Shown: positions 32,824 through 44,556 of the stretch, one piece after another
Numbering within the stretch: position 1 is the first letter of the stretch
Layout of the letters: the number at the start of each line of letters is the position of its first letter
Origin: Cyanidioschyzon merolae
Lineage: Eukaryota
Length of the DNA: 64,000 nt
Assembly (NCBI GenBank): GCA_000091205.1
Contig: AP006493.2
Strand: one strand, 5' to 3'
Position numbers and translations under genes: made by a program
Notes under the pieces: model-generated
What the model was told of the DNA's origin: nothing
The model's input: the letters and a program-made list of their open reading frames with translations, nothing else
Database searches by the model: none

Positions 32824-35169
32824 TCAGAGACGCGGGAATCGCCAACCCGCCTTGGTCTGGCTCGTAATCTCAGTGTCTCTGTTCAGCGTGGCCTGATTAC
32901 AGACCGGAAAGCCAGGAACGTGCTGCTGTGTGCTGTTTCGATCCGGAACTCGCGGAGGCGCCTGTAAAGCACTCACAACCGAGTGCGATGAGACGCGTTG
33001 CCGCTCCCCGTATTTGTGAATGTGGGCGCGGGCGTTTCGAGTTATCCAGTCAAAGGCGATCGGGGCAAGTAGCATCGGGGGTATCGAAAATGCATCCACT
33101 AGCGCGAGGGCGTTTGGTCGCAAGAGGCTGCTCAGGTACTCCACCTGCTGGTGAATGCGTTCCAGTGTGTTCGGTGCATCCGCATAAACATTCATGCGCG
33201 TCAACAGCGCTCCGTACTTATCCAGCATGTGCAGACCGTAAAGCGCACAACAGTATCCGAGAATCTGCTTGAGAGCTGGATCATCGATCTGACGGACCTC
33301 ATCACAGGCGATACGATAGGCAAGCAGGCATGTGTAAACCTTTCCTACATCGATCGCCAAATCCAGGCACATCTTGTTCCAAGCAAAGAATGGTTTCATT
33401 GAATTCTGTTTCGTAGCGTACGTGAGCCGCTCTGCGAGTCGACGCACAAGCGCATCATGCAGCCTCGCCAGCGATGCTGTGATGAACGCGGGCTCCGCCA
33501 GCTCGCGATCCGAGGTAATCGCTGGGACTGCGGGCGGTGGCGGCAGCTTCCCTGCTGCGTACGCCGCGAGCTGTGCTCGCGCTACCTGCTGAACAAGCAC
33601 AATATTCGTGCCCTCGTACGTAAGATAGACGTCAAAATCACATTTCAAGACGCCAATGCGATTCTCTGCTAGATAGCCCATACCACCGCACGACTCGCGA
33701 CATTCCTGCAGGACGTCCGACATTGTCCAGGTCGCAAACGCTTTGAGTCCAGAGCTCCACAGGTGAATCTCTTTGGGATTTGGATCCTCTAACCGATGAT
33801 GCCATCGATACTTAAGGCGGTTCGTTGCCAGCGCCAGCACGTAGGTCGTCGCCAACATGGGCAGCAAGCGCATCTGGTGCGACTGGTAATCCATGAGTAG
33901 CATCTCCTCGGGTGCGGTCTTACCATCATGTGTCTCATTTGCGGTGGCATCGGCCTCTTCGTCATCGCCAGAGGGCGCAAACGCTCGCCGGGAGAGCGCG
34001 TACCGTATCGCTATGCACAGCCCAGTTTTCATGCGATTCACAGCACCAACACTGATACTGACGCGTCCACCAGTGAGAGCCGCGAGCTGCGCAGCGAACT
34101 GCTCGTCACCAGTCTTGAAGGAAGAGCGGTACGATCCATCGGGTAGCACCTGGGAGTATCTGGCAAGCATTTGCTCGCGTGGAATGCGCACGTTGTCAAA
34201 CCAGATGCGGCCATTGTCGACCCCGTTGAGGCCTTGCTTCACGCCGACGTCGGCAATGGTAATCCCGTGGCAGACCTCGCCGGCGTCGGTGCGCAGGCGC
34301 ACCAGAAAAGGGTGGATACCACGATGGACGCCGTCCGGTGTGAGGAGTTTGGCAAACACCACTGCCCAGCGCGCAGTTTCCGCTGCACCACCAATCCAAT
34401 ATTTTTGTGCCGTCTCCGTCGGTGTATGGATGATAAATTCCCCGCGACCTGGGTCGTAGGTTGCCAGGGTCTCAATGCCACGAACATTGGACCCATGCCC
34501 AAGCTCCGTTAACGCAAAGCAGCCCAGCATGCGCGCGTCCTCGATGTCTTGCAGCCAGCGCCGGCATTGCTGCTCGTCACCGAGCAGCGCCACGCTACTA
34601 CCAAACAGACCGTAGTGAACGCCCATTTTCACTTCCAGGGAATGATCAACGTAGCCGCACGACTCCATTACTGCGTCGTATCGGCCTCTCGCTTCCGGCG
34701 AGTAGTTCAGTGTTCCCTTCAGGAGCTGGGCTTCGCGAATAACTGCCCAACGCGCCATAACCAGTTCGCGCTCCTCGGGAACCGTTAGACCGTAGCGAGG
34801 TGTGAACAAGTCCGCATGTTGTTCAAACATTGCATATATGCGGTCCCGAAACGCAATGTCGTGAGCGTCCAGGAGGGCGCGCATACGCTGTCGACAGAAA
34901 GTAAGCTGCAGCGGTACACCTGGGGTACCCGGCGCTTCCGCAGGCGAACGACACAGACGAAACGTTGCCGATTTCTCGCTATCCATCTCTTGCAGAGCGT
35001 CGCTTCTCGCGGGATTTCGAGGCATCTGCCGAACCCCAGCGAACGCTTGAACGACACCGGTGGCGGCTGCTTCACGCACAGCTCCGCCAGTCACCCTGAC
35101 GCTGTTGCGCGCATCGTCCGTCGAGATCGGTAAATGTTTTTCCATGTTGTCGAGATTAGAGTTTCTCAA
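32824..35169 (-). CDS. ACOX: Peroxisomal acyl-CoA oxidase (ACOX). The C-terminus ends in -PRL, a PTS1-like tripeptide.
   Basis: 781-aa ORF with an ACOX N-terminal/middle domain (CFALTELGHGSNVRGIETLATYDPGRGEFIIHTPTETAQKYWIGGAAETARWAVVFAKL), a FAD-binding region and an ACOX C-terminal domain. Confidence 0.9.
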   Translation of the reverse strand: MRNSNLDNMEKHLPISTDDARNSVRVTGGAVREAAATGVVQAFAGVRQMPRNPARSDALQEMDSEKSATFRLCRSPAEAPGTPGVPLQLTFCRQRMRALLDAHDIAFRDRIYAMFEQHADLFTPRYGLTVPEERELVMARWAVIREAQLLKGTLNYSPEARGRYDAVMESCGYVDHSLEVKMGVHYGLFGSSVALLGDEQQCRRWLQDIEDARMLGCFALTELGHGSNVRGIETLATYDPGRGEFIIHTPTETAQKYWIGGAAETARWAVVFAKLLTPDGVHRGIHPFLVRLRTDAGEVCHGITIADVGVKQGLNGVDNGRIWFDNVRIPREQMLARYSQVLPDGSYRSSFKTGDEQFAAQLAALTGGRVSISVGAVNRMKTGLCIAIRYALSRRAFAPSGDDEEADATANETHDGKTAPEEMLLMDYQSHQMRLLPMLATTYVLALATNRLKYRWHHRLEDPNPKEIHLWSSGLKAFATWTMSDVLQECRESCGGMGYLAENRIGVLKCDFDVYLTYEGTNIVLVQQVARAQLAAYAAGKLPPPPAVPAITSDRELAEPAFITASLARLHDALVRRLAERLTYATKQNSMKPFFAWNKMCLDLAIDVGKVYTCLLAYRIACDEVRQIDDPALKQILGYCCALYGLHMLDKYGALLTRMNVYADAPNTLERIHQQVEYLSSLLRPNALALVDAFSIPPMLLAPIAFDWITRNARAHIHKYGERQRVSSHSVVSALQAPPRVPDRNSTQQHVPGFPVCNQATLNRDTEITSQTKAGWRFPRL

Positions 35170-37255
35170 AACAAGACGGTTTCTTTTGAGTCCTTGTTTC
35201 TAAGGAAGCAGCCCCAAGTCACAGCCACAATGCCCCTAATACCGCTGAACGTTATCGAGGGTGTGTGTGTGTCGCGCTCGACAACGTATCCTTCTGGAGC
35301 GAGGCGGAGATTGCCGTGATCGCGATACCGGGGTGTGCATCCGCAGGACGCGAATTCGGATAATACATAAGTGTCTCAAATCAACTAGTTTTGGGCTTTG
35401 AATGGTATGCCTGGCATATCCGAGTCTGTGTCCGCCACCTGGCCCTGTAGAGGATCGGGGATTTGATTCCGGTGATTTCTGCACAGGCAGCAAGATGGCC
35501 CATGCTGCAGTCTGCCTGCGTTCGGGTCCCTCCAGGCAGGCATTCTTTCATCTGCACTATAGGTTGCACAAGCGATTCAACGCGAGCAGAGCGACGCGCG
35601 GGCTGCAGCAGAAACTGCTCTATCTGGAGCCTTTCGTGACACACCCCAGTCCCGGTGGCTGCGGGGTTTTCGCGAACAGCGCCGTTGCCTACCACAAAGA
35701 AATTCAGTTTTGAGTGCTTAAACTTTCTAGACGCAGATGCACGACAATGCTCGTGGAGAATCCTGGATAAAAGGTGTCGAGGTGATCGAACGGCGCGCGC
35801 GCCAGGCGGCAGCTCCTCGCCGGCATCCGTGCGTACGCGCACGTGTACGGATACAGGCGCTCGCTGTGCTGCCAACGCTCCGGTCAAGCGTAGTGTCGAC
35901 GAAGGATTAGATTTCGGAGGAGATCAGTCTTCCAGAGAATCAAGACGCACTTTCGTAACGACTGAAAAATCAGCTCGATTTCTGCTGCTTACAGTGCAGA
36001 ACGCGGAGGCGATCTACGGCACCGATGGCTTCTAAAAACGGGATATGGGGCGCATGAATACTATTTCTGGTACAAACGGCACTGTTCCTGATTTTACGTC
36101 CATGCGTGAATCCCGGGACTCGCAGCTACGCGGCACCGGACAATGCGAACGTCGACGATGTCCGCGTGTGCGTGCGCGTGCCGGTGAACTCAGTTCTAAC
36201 ACTGCTTTGTTGTTCGTCGTGCACACTGGTGTTCAGAAAAGCTTCCGTTGCAGTTTGATCGTTTTCATAACGCTCCTCGCAGAGACATCCTCCAGTCGGG
36301 CAATGCCAAGGAGCGCTGAGCAAGCTCACATATCGAAACAAATGGGGATTCATTTGCTTTCTGATCTAGGCCACGGAAGCGCGCTCTTGACGACACAGAT
36401 GCGGCCGCCGTATCTAAGCATCGGTCTGGTCTCCGGAACAGCCTCCTTTGCTGTATGCATCACGAATGCCATACGCTGTACCCTGACGAGGCGGAATGCA
36501 TATTCCGTTCGATTTTTGCGCGATGTAGCCACACGTAACTGCAACGCCACGCAAATGCTCACGAGAAAGAGCGCTCTCAGCAACCGTGACAACGTACCGT
36601 TCGCAAGACTCTGGAAAACCACCGGAACAGCGTATCACAGCAGCCCAATTTAGGATCAAACAGCGGACAGAGTTCCGTTGCAGACCACGATAAGGTGCTC
36701 TGTGACTTTGGCAAACACTCCGCGGTTCTTTCTCTGCTGTGACTCTGAGTATGAGACAAGTGCAATCGCAGCATATGGGTACCGAGGTTGCTAGTCTTGC
36801 TGGCGGCGTCGCGCGCGTTCAGTCTCTTGTCACCAGTGTACTGCACTTTTATCTAAGCTTGAGTGCTCAGGTTTCTCAGAGAGCTGCATTTCGTTCGTCC
36901 CGCCGTTCTCACTGACTCGATACCCTATTCCATATAGTTAGAGCCGCAAAATCCCCCAGTGTCGACATTTTTGCCTGAACGGCTCTGAAAGACCTCACCA
37001 CGTGCAACGAAAAAGCACCGCGCTTTCGATGTATGGATACGTGGGCAATCGTTTGCTGCCCGCACGATTGCGCTACAGTGCGTGCTGCCACCCGAACAGC
37101 TCCACAACAGCGTCGCGCGAGATCGCCGAGCGCACGGCAGCGGGTAGCGTGCGCGTCCACGCGATCATCTCAATGTCCGGTATGTACATGAAAGGATAGC
37201 ATCCAAATCATGACGTCATGCGATTCAACGGAAATGGACGCGCTCCAGCGATGAG

Positions 37256-39076
37256 ATGATACCAACGACGGCGGCGAGTCCGTTGAGCCACGACCATCTG
37301 CTGTGTACCGCCGCCGTCTATCGTGCAAATAGACGCATCTGCAGCGCACCCTCATCGACGTCGTACCAACGCAGGTTCTGCAGCACCGTAGCACAAACGA
37401 GCTCGTATCCGCTCTACGGTCACAAGGCCGAAACTCTGAGCGCTATTCTTAGCGAGCCGAGTTTTTTGTTGCTGCGCGGCCTCCGGGAGCTTCACGCACA
37501 CATGCCGAGCGCGAGTGGAGAACGTTTGGACGTGTCGAACGACGCGTTGCAACGCTTGTCCACGTCGAGCTTCTCCACTGTCTCCGTAGACTCTGCTGAA
37601 AGGCTCTCTGCGGAGCAGTTCAAAGCCATCAAGGAGCCGCTCGCTGCCAGGGCAAGAGTTGAGACTCGCGAAATGTCGGGTGTTCCAATACCCAAAACAA
37701 ACAAAAGTCGTGCGAGCGCTGAAGGCACGTCCTTGGGTTCTTCGCTGCGGCGTGCGGCTTCGCGTCTGTTCCAGCCACTGCGGCGCAGTGAGTCGGGACG
37801 CAGTCTTTCGAGTCGCCTGAGAGGGCGAGATTCAGTTGCCGATTCTGCGGCTTCGCGGAGGCGACTGCTCCCTTTCTCGCAGGTTTACGCCCATGGTGTC
37901 GTCGAGGAGCAGGGCCGGCGACCAACCATGGAAGATCGGTGTTGCACGCTAGTCATTGGCGACGGGGCGGATGCGATCGGCATATTCGGCGTTTTCGATG
38001 GCCACGGTGGAAAACTTGCAAGCAACTATTGTCACGATCATTTTCTCGAGCGATTACTGGCACATGATGCTTTTATAACGGACACGGAACGAGCCCTCAC
38101 TGAGACTTGTCATCTTATTGACCAGGAAATTCTCGCGGAATCCGTGCGGAAGCGGACGTACGCGGGTACAACCGTTGCACTTGCAGTACTGAAAGACGGG
38201 AAAATATACTGCTGCAATGTTGGCGACTCGCGAACCGTGCTCTGCGCTGCAGGCGGTGTCGCGGTACCGCTCAGCGTGGACCACAGTCCCATGGTGCCCC
38301 AGGAGGTACGCCGCATCAAGGCCGCCGGCGGCTTTATCAATTCCCGCGGTGTCAACGGGTACATATCACTGACGAGGGCGCTCGGTGATCTGGATCTCAA
38401 GGCGCACGCTCGCCGACTCTTCCCACATTTGGATATTACTGGAAATCTTCTGATTCCCGACCCGGATATCACAATCCGTGAGCTTCATCCTCAAGACGAG
38501 TTCCTTATCGTAGCATGTGATGGGGTGTGGTGTCGCCTCACGAACGAGGAAGCTGTTCGAATCACACGAGCGGCGCTACGTCGCTACGGCGGTGATCCGC
38601 AAGCAGCGGCGACAACGCTGGTGCACGCCGCGCTTGCTGCCGGCTCCGGCGATAACGTCACCGTCATTGTGATTGTCTTGTCGCGACCCGACCTCATGCG
38701 CGACGTCACGGTGCACGGTGGAAGAGCGTTTCAGCACCTCAGCTCTATGGCTCTGAACGAAACAACGTCCTCATCTGCGTCGACCGGCGAGCATGATCCG
38801 GAAATGCCCTCGCGAGATTCGAGCCAATCGAATCTCTCACTGGCTTCCGAGGATAATTCTCTGTATAATGAACAAGAGGACGTTTCCGCATATACCACGG
38901 AACTGGGTCCTACTGGGCTCGGTGGGGAACCCGCGGAAGTCGTCCTTGGCGACGCACCCGAGGAGCAGTTGAACACCCTGTCCCTTGGGGATCACATGCG
39001 AGCCGCAAGCGCCGACGATCAAGACCGCCAGCGCTCTACGTCGAAATTCGGCCTGTTTCAGCGCAGACCTCGGTAG
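37256..39076 (+). CDS. Protein phosphatase 2C (PPM family) with a ~200-aa N-terminal extension and an acidic/Ser-rich tail
   Basis: PP2C motifs: RPTMEDR, GVFDGHGG, CCNVGDSR, ACDGVW, GSGDNVTVIVI. Confidence 0.85.
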   Translation: MIPTTAASPLSHDHLLCTAAVYRANRRICSAPSSTSYQRRFCSTVAQTSSYPLYGHKAETLSAILSEPSFLLLRGLRELHAHMPSASGERLDVSNDALQRLSTSSFSTVSVDSAERLSAEQFKAIKEPLAARARVETREMSGVPIPKTNKSRASAEGTSLGSSLRRAASRLFQPLRRSESGRSLSSRLRGRDSVADSAASRRRLLPFSQVYAHGVVEEQGRRPTMEDRCCTLVIGDGADAIGIFGVFDGHGGKLASNYCHDHFLERLLAHDAFITDTERALTETCHLIDQEILAESVRKRTYAGTTVALAVLKDGKIYCCNVGDSRTVLCAAGGVAVPLSVDHSPMVPQEVRRIKAAGGFINSRGVNGYISLTRALGDLDLKAHARRLFPHLDITGNLLIPDPDITIRELHPQDEFLIVACDGVWCRLTNEEAVRITRAALRRYGGDPQAAATTLVHAALAAGSGDNVTVIVIVLSRPDLMRDVTVHGGRAFQHLSSMALNETTSSSASTGEHDPEMPSRDSSQSNLSLASEDNSLYNEQEDVSAYTTELGPTGLGGEPAEVVLGDAPEEQLNTLSLGDHMRAASADDQDRQRSTSKFGLFQRRPR

Positions 39077-39509
39077 TGCTGCCGAAAAGCCTCTGAGGAG
39101 CCAGCGTTCTGAAATACCTTTTGGGCTACGAGGTGCCGGCGGCTGCTCGCCGGCTCGCAACCAACGGTTCACCATGAGTTCACGCTTCGAAGACATAATC
39201 TTATGCCTTGTAAACTGTATCTGCTGAGAATCGGTCGAGCTACAAGGCCCTCGGATGCGGCCAACGGTTTGCTTGGAATACAGACCAACCAGAGTCAGCC
39301 AGCCAGTCAGCCAGCCAGCCAGCTAGCAGAGCGAGCATCGCGCACCCTTCACTGCTGTTCGTGTGCTCGCTTTCGCTGTATACGGTGTTGGACTCGTGCA
39401 ATCCAAACAGACAAGCGGCTTTGCGCGACAGCGAAGCCTGCATGCATGGAGACTGGAAACTGGAAACTGGTCAATGCGCTATGCGGTACATGCATCGTCA
39501 GCTTTAAAA

Positions 39510-39953
39510 TCATGACTGCTCTTTCAGGTAGTTTTCCAAAAAGGTAAGTCCTTTGCTCGGCTCACCAAAGTCCTTCACAACGACACAGGAACACGACACG
39601 ACTTTCCGCGGCGTTCCGTCAGCGTCCAGCTTGCAGAGGCCGGCCCACTCGCCGAGTTCCTTTCCATCGGGAACACAGATGAGGTTGATCCCGTGTTCAG
39701 CACAGAGTGCTTGCACGAGCTTTACCATCGCAGGCTCGTCGCAGCTCATTGCCAAAACACATAAACGTGCTTTGCGGCTATCCAACGCACGCACAGACTC
39801 GCGCAGACCGCGAGACAGACCACCGTGAGCAAGCGCTTTTCGCAGCACGATCCGCAGTGCGGTGTTCACGTCCGTGACTTCCTCCTCGGGAACCACTACC
39901 GGTAGTGCGGGCACACTAGGCGCTTCTGGAACAGACTCTGCGACTTCCGTCAT
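39510..39953 (-). CDS. RPS12: 40S ribosomal protein S12 (eS12)
   Basis: 147-aa product from the ATG at 39953 inside the longer ORF 39510..40283. It is strongly conserved: [70 protein letters not shown]. Confidence 0.9.
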   Translation of the reverse strand: MTEVAESVPEAPSVPALPVVVPEEEVTDVNTALRIVLRKALAHGGLSRGLRESVRALDSRKARLCVLAMSCDEPAMVKLVQALCAEHGINLICVPDGKELGEWAGLCKLDADGTPRKVVSCSCVVVKDFGEPSKGLTFLENYLKEQS

Positions 39954-40362
39954 GATTGAAGTTGTGCAGGCGTCGAAACGAGTCCTCGACGACACCAGGT
40001 CGCCTCCGTTGCGTTGACACAGCTCCTGAAGAAGTAGCAAGTACCTGGTGGCAAGTGGCGGCCGCGGCGAGCAGCGCCCAGAGGGCTGTTGCACGATGCT
40101 ATACTGTATTATATCTTTAGGAATATAAATATATATAAAGGACAAGCGTATGGGAGCGCCTAAGGACGCTCGAGTCCTCACAACCGCTCTCCATTTCATT
40201 ACTTGTCCAGCGTCGACGAAGGAGCTACTAAGGACCTCCTGCAGACCTTCTGCATACCTGGTGGGGTCTACTGCATGCGACATCCATGGTGCAGCGCGCT
40301 GGACGCCCTGATCCTGATCCTTTCGAGTTCAACGCGCTGGTACCCGTGTAGATTCGTCGCCC
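39954..40362. promoter_or_regulatory. Putative bidirectional promoter for RPS12 (minus) and the 1306-aa ORF (plus). It contains the TATA-like tract tataaatatatataaag at 40124-40140.
   Basis: 409-bp divergent intergenic interval with an AT-rich TATA-like element in otherwise GC-rich DNA. Confidence 0.3.
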
Positions 40363-43300
40363 ATGCTCCCCGAACGCGACCCGACTCGTCTCGTTTCGTT
40401 GCACACTCGGGTCGCAGAAGCGCAGCGCTTAGCTCGGTCTTGGTTCCAGGAGGTGTCGGGAAGCCAGAGATATGGCCAGCAACGCGCTGTCTCGGGCGCA
40501 ACCGCGGTACGTGTTCACTCGAATGAACCAATACCAGAACAAGTGCAGCGGCTGTTGACGCAGGGTAGCCTGCGGGAGATCGACGTCGTCCTTGAAACGC
40601 TGCTTTCGGAGTGGGCGCGCGCGTCTGAGCAAACCTGCACTTCCATAGCACGTGCTTTGCGCAGCTGTCTGCCTCAAGTGCGAAATGGAGCCGAGTGTTT
40701 CGTAGCGCGCTTTGCTTGGCGACTAGTGGCGCTCGATGAAACGAGTGCTCGCGTCTTGTTGCTCGCAGCCGCTCACAGCGACCGAGAGGAACTGGCTTGT
40801 GCTGTCGCTGCACTTGCAGATCGCGCGTATCTGGAACGCTCCGCGGTAGCGCTGCCAGCGATGCCTGAATATGAACTTGTCAGGCAAACTACCAACATCG
40901 CCGTAGCGTACTTGCAAGCGGTTATGACCCCGAGTACGGCTTCGCGAGCGCGGAGAATCTTCCTCCGCTATGCACTGCCCAGCAACCTTGCACAGGCAGC
41001 GCTGTACCTCCTGCTTCAGTATCGAGGAGATCAATTTCCATCTGAAGAGTTCAGTCTGATTTTGGAAAGATTTCCTCAACCCGACGTTTCTATGCTGTTG
41101 TGGTATCTGGTTCGCATGGAGGCCTTCCTGTCTGGGACAGCATCAGTGCCTGATCCCAGCGTTATCGCCGGTGTGGGCCAGACTCGGTCGATGCTATCGA
41201 GGAGGGATGCTTTTCGGGAGCATCGGGACTCTGCGGCAGTGCTCCTTCTGCTGCACGACTGGCATGCACTTGAGCGCTATGGGTCCGTCTGGTTTTCTTC
41301 GATGGGACCCAGCAAAGAGCAACTGAACGATCTCTACGATTGGAAGCGAGTCGATGTGCGACTCTTCTGGACGGTCCGTATACTGGGTTCTTCGACAAAC
41401 AGCGAGCACTTGTCGCATGTCGCGGATCTATCGGATGCACTCGAAGCACTTCTAGAGCGAACCCAAAGTCTTTTTCCGCGAACGCGTGCCCTCTGCCAGA
41501 CGATTGGGCATGTGCTTGCACTTGAGTCAAATCTGGAGAAGCTCGCCGAATGGCTGTGGAGCCAAGAATCCGAACGCATTCCACTGCCGTTGTTTGTCAG
41601 CTACTTGTTCGCTGTACACCAGCCACAGGTGCAGGGTGCGGTTATTCTGAAGCTGGCGCACAGGAATCGCCTGTCGCATGGCAAAACGCAGTACCCCATC
41701 GAGGTTCTTTATGTTGTGATAGCGGCGTTACTTGTAACGTTGCGTACCGGAGAACTCGTCACCGGTCTGAACATTTGTCTCTTCATTGACTGCATGCAGA
41801 GCTTCGTGCAGAACAATGAGGTATTCCTGAAAACGTTTCTGCCCTGTATTCAGCTGGTATTCGGTGAAGCGCTGCGCGAAGCGCGTGAGCAGCACCGACT
41901 AGCCTGGGAGCGGCTATGGGTCACGATTCTCGGGCGACTCGCGCTTCGTCTGCCTCGAGCGCAGCGTCTTCTCGAACAGGGGCTATCAAGGGCTCTCAAC
42001 AGAGACCACCAATATGCAACCTCAGTATTATCGCTTTACATGAAAAGCGTGAGAGATCTCTGCTCGTCTGTGCCTGCTCGCGGCATGCAGTTGCTCGCTT
42101 TGATCCAGGCAGTGGTGCTCCGCATGCGCGAGACAAACGCGGGACACGACGCTATAGCCTATGCACTTGAAGCGCTCGATCATCTGGTTCAGGCTCAACT
42201 GATGGATCCGGCGAAAACGCTTCGATTTCTGCTTCAACAAATGCCACTTTCCGCATATAAGAGCAATAGATGGCCAGCGTTGTTAGCGAATGCCTGGTTC
42301 GGCTTGCTGACGAGCATCCTCAGAGAGTATCCGTGGCAGCCAACCCGGCGCGCCCATCGACTCCTTCGGGTGCTTCTCTGGCTGTTGCACGATTGCGAGT
42401 CGGACCCGAGAGCTGCCCTAGCGCTCACCCGCCTCGGTTATCGAGTCTGGTATGCAGCGCAGTGGTGGGAGCACCAGCAGGCACCGCGCCACACGGCAGG
42501 CGCCCTGCCCAGCAATGACGCAGACCTGTCGGGCGAGGCGGAGCTACTGGAATCCCTGCCTCACCTGATGCCGAATGATCAGTGGACACCACGCTCCATC
42601 GAGCGGCTCGCTCGTTACATCCAGTTTGCCGTAGACCCGGCGCTGACGGAGCAGGTGCCGCTGCTCCCCGTCCTGGAAGCGTCTGACGCATTCTACGGCC
42701 TTGCCCGCATGTTGATCCACGGGGCATGGGCGCATCGTTCTCGAGCCGCGTACCACGCCCGACGCCTGCGTCTGGGTCGCTCCCGTGACTCGCAGGCGTA
42801 CCTGCAGCGGGAGCTGACCTCTCTGCGCGAGTACGCTGACAGTCTGCCGACGCTGAGTCCTATCCGACTCGTCATGAACCTGGTTCTGGATATGGAGCAA
42901 AACGCGCCCCTGGCGCTGGTCAGCGCCCAGCTCATGGCTACTTGTGGCGCAACGCTTCGCTCGGGCCTCTCCTACGAAGCTCTCTACGCGATGTGCGGTG
43001 CCTCTGGGAACACCAGCGAGTCAGGCGGTGCTGCACGCCTCGCCCGCCTGCTGTGCGTATGGCTCCTGGCCCCGTCATCGAACAGCTCCGAGACGCCCTC
43101 GGAATCCTTCTGGAGACTGCTGGATTTTGACCTCCGACCTTACCAAATCGTCTTGCAACCAGACGAAGACGCGCTTCTTGAGCAAATGCTCAGACGCTTC
43201 TGGATGGCGCCTCTATGGAGCTGCGTTTCCCAGGGCGTTGAAGGAGCAACTGGTGCCGCTACGGCCGCTGCACCTACGGATCCTGCGGATGACCTTCTCG

Positions 43301-44283
43301 AGGTCATGAAACAATCGTGGGCTTGCTTCGGGGCAACCGTTTGGCCCTGGCTTGTGCAGCGTTCAGCGCTTGCGTATCGGATGCGCTGGCAACCGTGGCT
43401 CGTTCAGCAACGACGCATCGGAGCCTGGCTTGAACGTATTTGCGGGCGACGCCTGATCATTCCAGAGGCAGCTCCGCTGTTTATCGAGGCGCGCTTGCCC
43501 TTTTTCCGACCGGTTTCACTGGCGGAATCGCTCCTACGATTAGAGGGCGCGGGAGCATCACTGGAACACGTGCTCCGCTCCGCAGGCAGACACGTCTGGA
43601 GCGCGCTTCTCGATATGGATTCCATGGCGACGACAACGACGACGTCAGATGTCACTGCTGCGGTCGATGAAATGAAACAAAGCGACGAGCAGCGTCGTCA
43701 GCGCCTCGTAGCCTACTGGCGAGCCCTTTTATGCAACGAATATGCGGCTTCATGTACGGAGGTTGTCGCACCGGGAGCATTGCGTGCTGATCACGCGACA
43801 TCCTTGAATCGTGCGGAAAGCGCGTTCCCCGACGATGACCCGCTCATGGAAACGAGCTCGCCTGTGTCATCGTTCGAGGAGAGCATCGCGTATGCGGATC
43901 CTCTGTGCCTTGTGATTCTCGAACGAATCCAACGGCAATATTCGTCACGGACGCAACGCCTCATAGCGCTACACCAAGCACTTGATGAGGGATCACCGCA
44001 CACACATTCGAAGCGTTCGCTCCGCTGGTACACTCGCTGTATCGGACTCGTGCAGGGTGCATTCGGTGGGATCATGTTGGCGCTGTTGCCACTGATCCCG
44101 CTGGAGCAGGCAACGTTGTGCTTGGATCGGCTCCATACGATCACGTCGCTTGCCAGACAAGAGTCCAGCGATCAGCGCATAACCGGTGCCTTCGTAAGCA
44201 GCCAAGATCGCCAGCGAGACCTGACGCTTCTGAACGAGCTCTGTGAGCGCATACGCCTGGAGCTCTTGTGCTTTCCTGCATAG
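40363..44283 (+). CDS. Hypothetical 1306-aa, predominantly alpha-helical (HEAT/ARM-like solenoid?) protein
   Basis: Very long uninterrupted ORF that is Leu/Ala-rich throughout. No recognisable catalytic motif. Confidence 0.55.
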   Translation: MLPERDPTRLVSLHTRVAEAQRLARSWFQEVSGSQRYGQQRAVSGATAVRVHSNEPIPEQVQRLLTQGSLREIDVVLETLLSEWARASEQTCTSIARALRSCLPQVRNGAECFVARFAWRLVALDETSARVLLLAAAHSDREELACAVAALADRAYLERSAVALPAMPEYELVRQTTNIAVAYLQAVMTPSTASRARRIFLRYALPSNLAQAALYLLLQYRGDQFPSEEFSLILERFPQPDVSMLLWYLVRMEAFLSGTASVPDPSVIAGVGQTRSMLSRRDAFREHRDSAAVLLLLHDWHALERYGSVWFSSMGPSKEQLNDLYDWKRVDVRLFWTVRILGSSTNSEHLSHVADLSDALEALLERTQSLFPRTRALCQTIGHVLALESNLEKLAEWLWSQESERIPLPLFVSYLFAVHQPQVQGAVILKLAHRNRLSHGKTQYPIEVLYVVIAALLVTLRTGELVTGLNICLFIDCMQSFVQNNEVFLKTFLPCIQLVFGEALREAREQHRLAWERLWVTILGRLALRLPRAQRLLEQGLSRALNRDHQYATSVLSLYMKSVRDLCSSVPARGMQLLALIQAVVLRMRETNAGHDAIAYALEALDHLVQAQLMDPAKTLRFLLQQMPLSAYKSNRWPALLANAWFGLLTSILREYPWQPTRRAHRLLRVLLWLLHDCESDPRAALALTRLGYRVWYAAQWWEHQQAPRHTAGALPSNDADLSGEAELLESLPHLMPNDQWTPRSIERLARYIQFAVDPALTEQVPLLPVLEASDAFYGLARMLIHGAWAHRSRAAYHARRLRLGRSRDSQAYLQRELTSLREYADSLPTLSPIRLVMNLVLDMEQNAPLALVSAQLMATCGATLRSGLSYEALYAMCGASGNTSESGGAARLARLLCVWLLAPSSNSSETPSESFWRLLDFDLRPYQIVLQPDEDALLEQMLRRFWMAPLWSCVSQGVEGATGAATAAAPTDPADDLLEVMKQSWACFGATVWPWLVQRSALAYRMRWQPWLVQQRRIGAWLERICGRRLIIPEAAPLFIEARLPFFRPVSLAESLLRLEGAGASLEHVLRSAGRHVWSALLDMDSMATTTTTSDVTAAVDEMKQSDEQRRQRLVAYWRALLCNEYAASCTEVVAPGALRADHATSLNRAESAFPDDDPLMETSSPVSSFEESIAYADPLCLVILERIQRQYSSRTQRLIALHQALDEGSPHTHSKRSLRWYTRCIGLVQGAFGGIMLALLPLIPLEQATLCLDRLHTITSLARQESSDQRITGAFVSSQDRQRDLTLLNELCERIRLELLCFPA

Positions 44284-44556
44284 GGCGTTGCATATGCGTC
44301 CATTGGCACCTGGCAGCATGCCCGTTGAACAGCGGCAGCAGCGCTGGTCGCCCGGCGGGCGAGGCACTTACGAACACGGATATTCACTGGAAATGAATCG
44401 GTTGTATGTGGGTACAAGGCTCCAGGTGGACTTGTCGTACGCACGCCAGCCGTCTCTAAACACGCACAGCACGGACTTGGTCTCTGCTGGAACAGGGCAT
44501 CACCAGACTTGTACCTATTCCGTAGAACGTGCACAACCCGCGCTACCTCGAACGTG

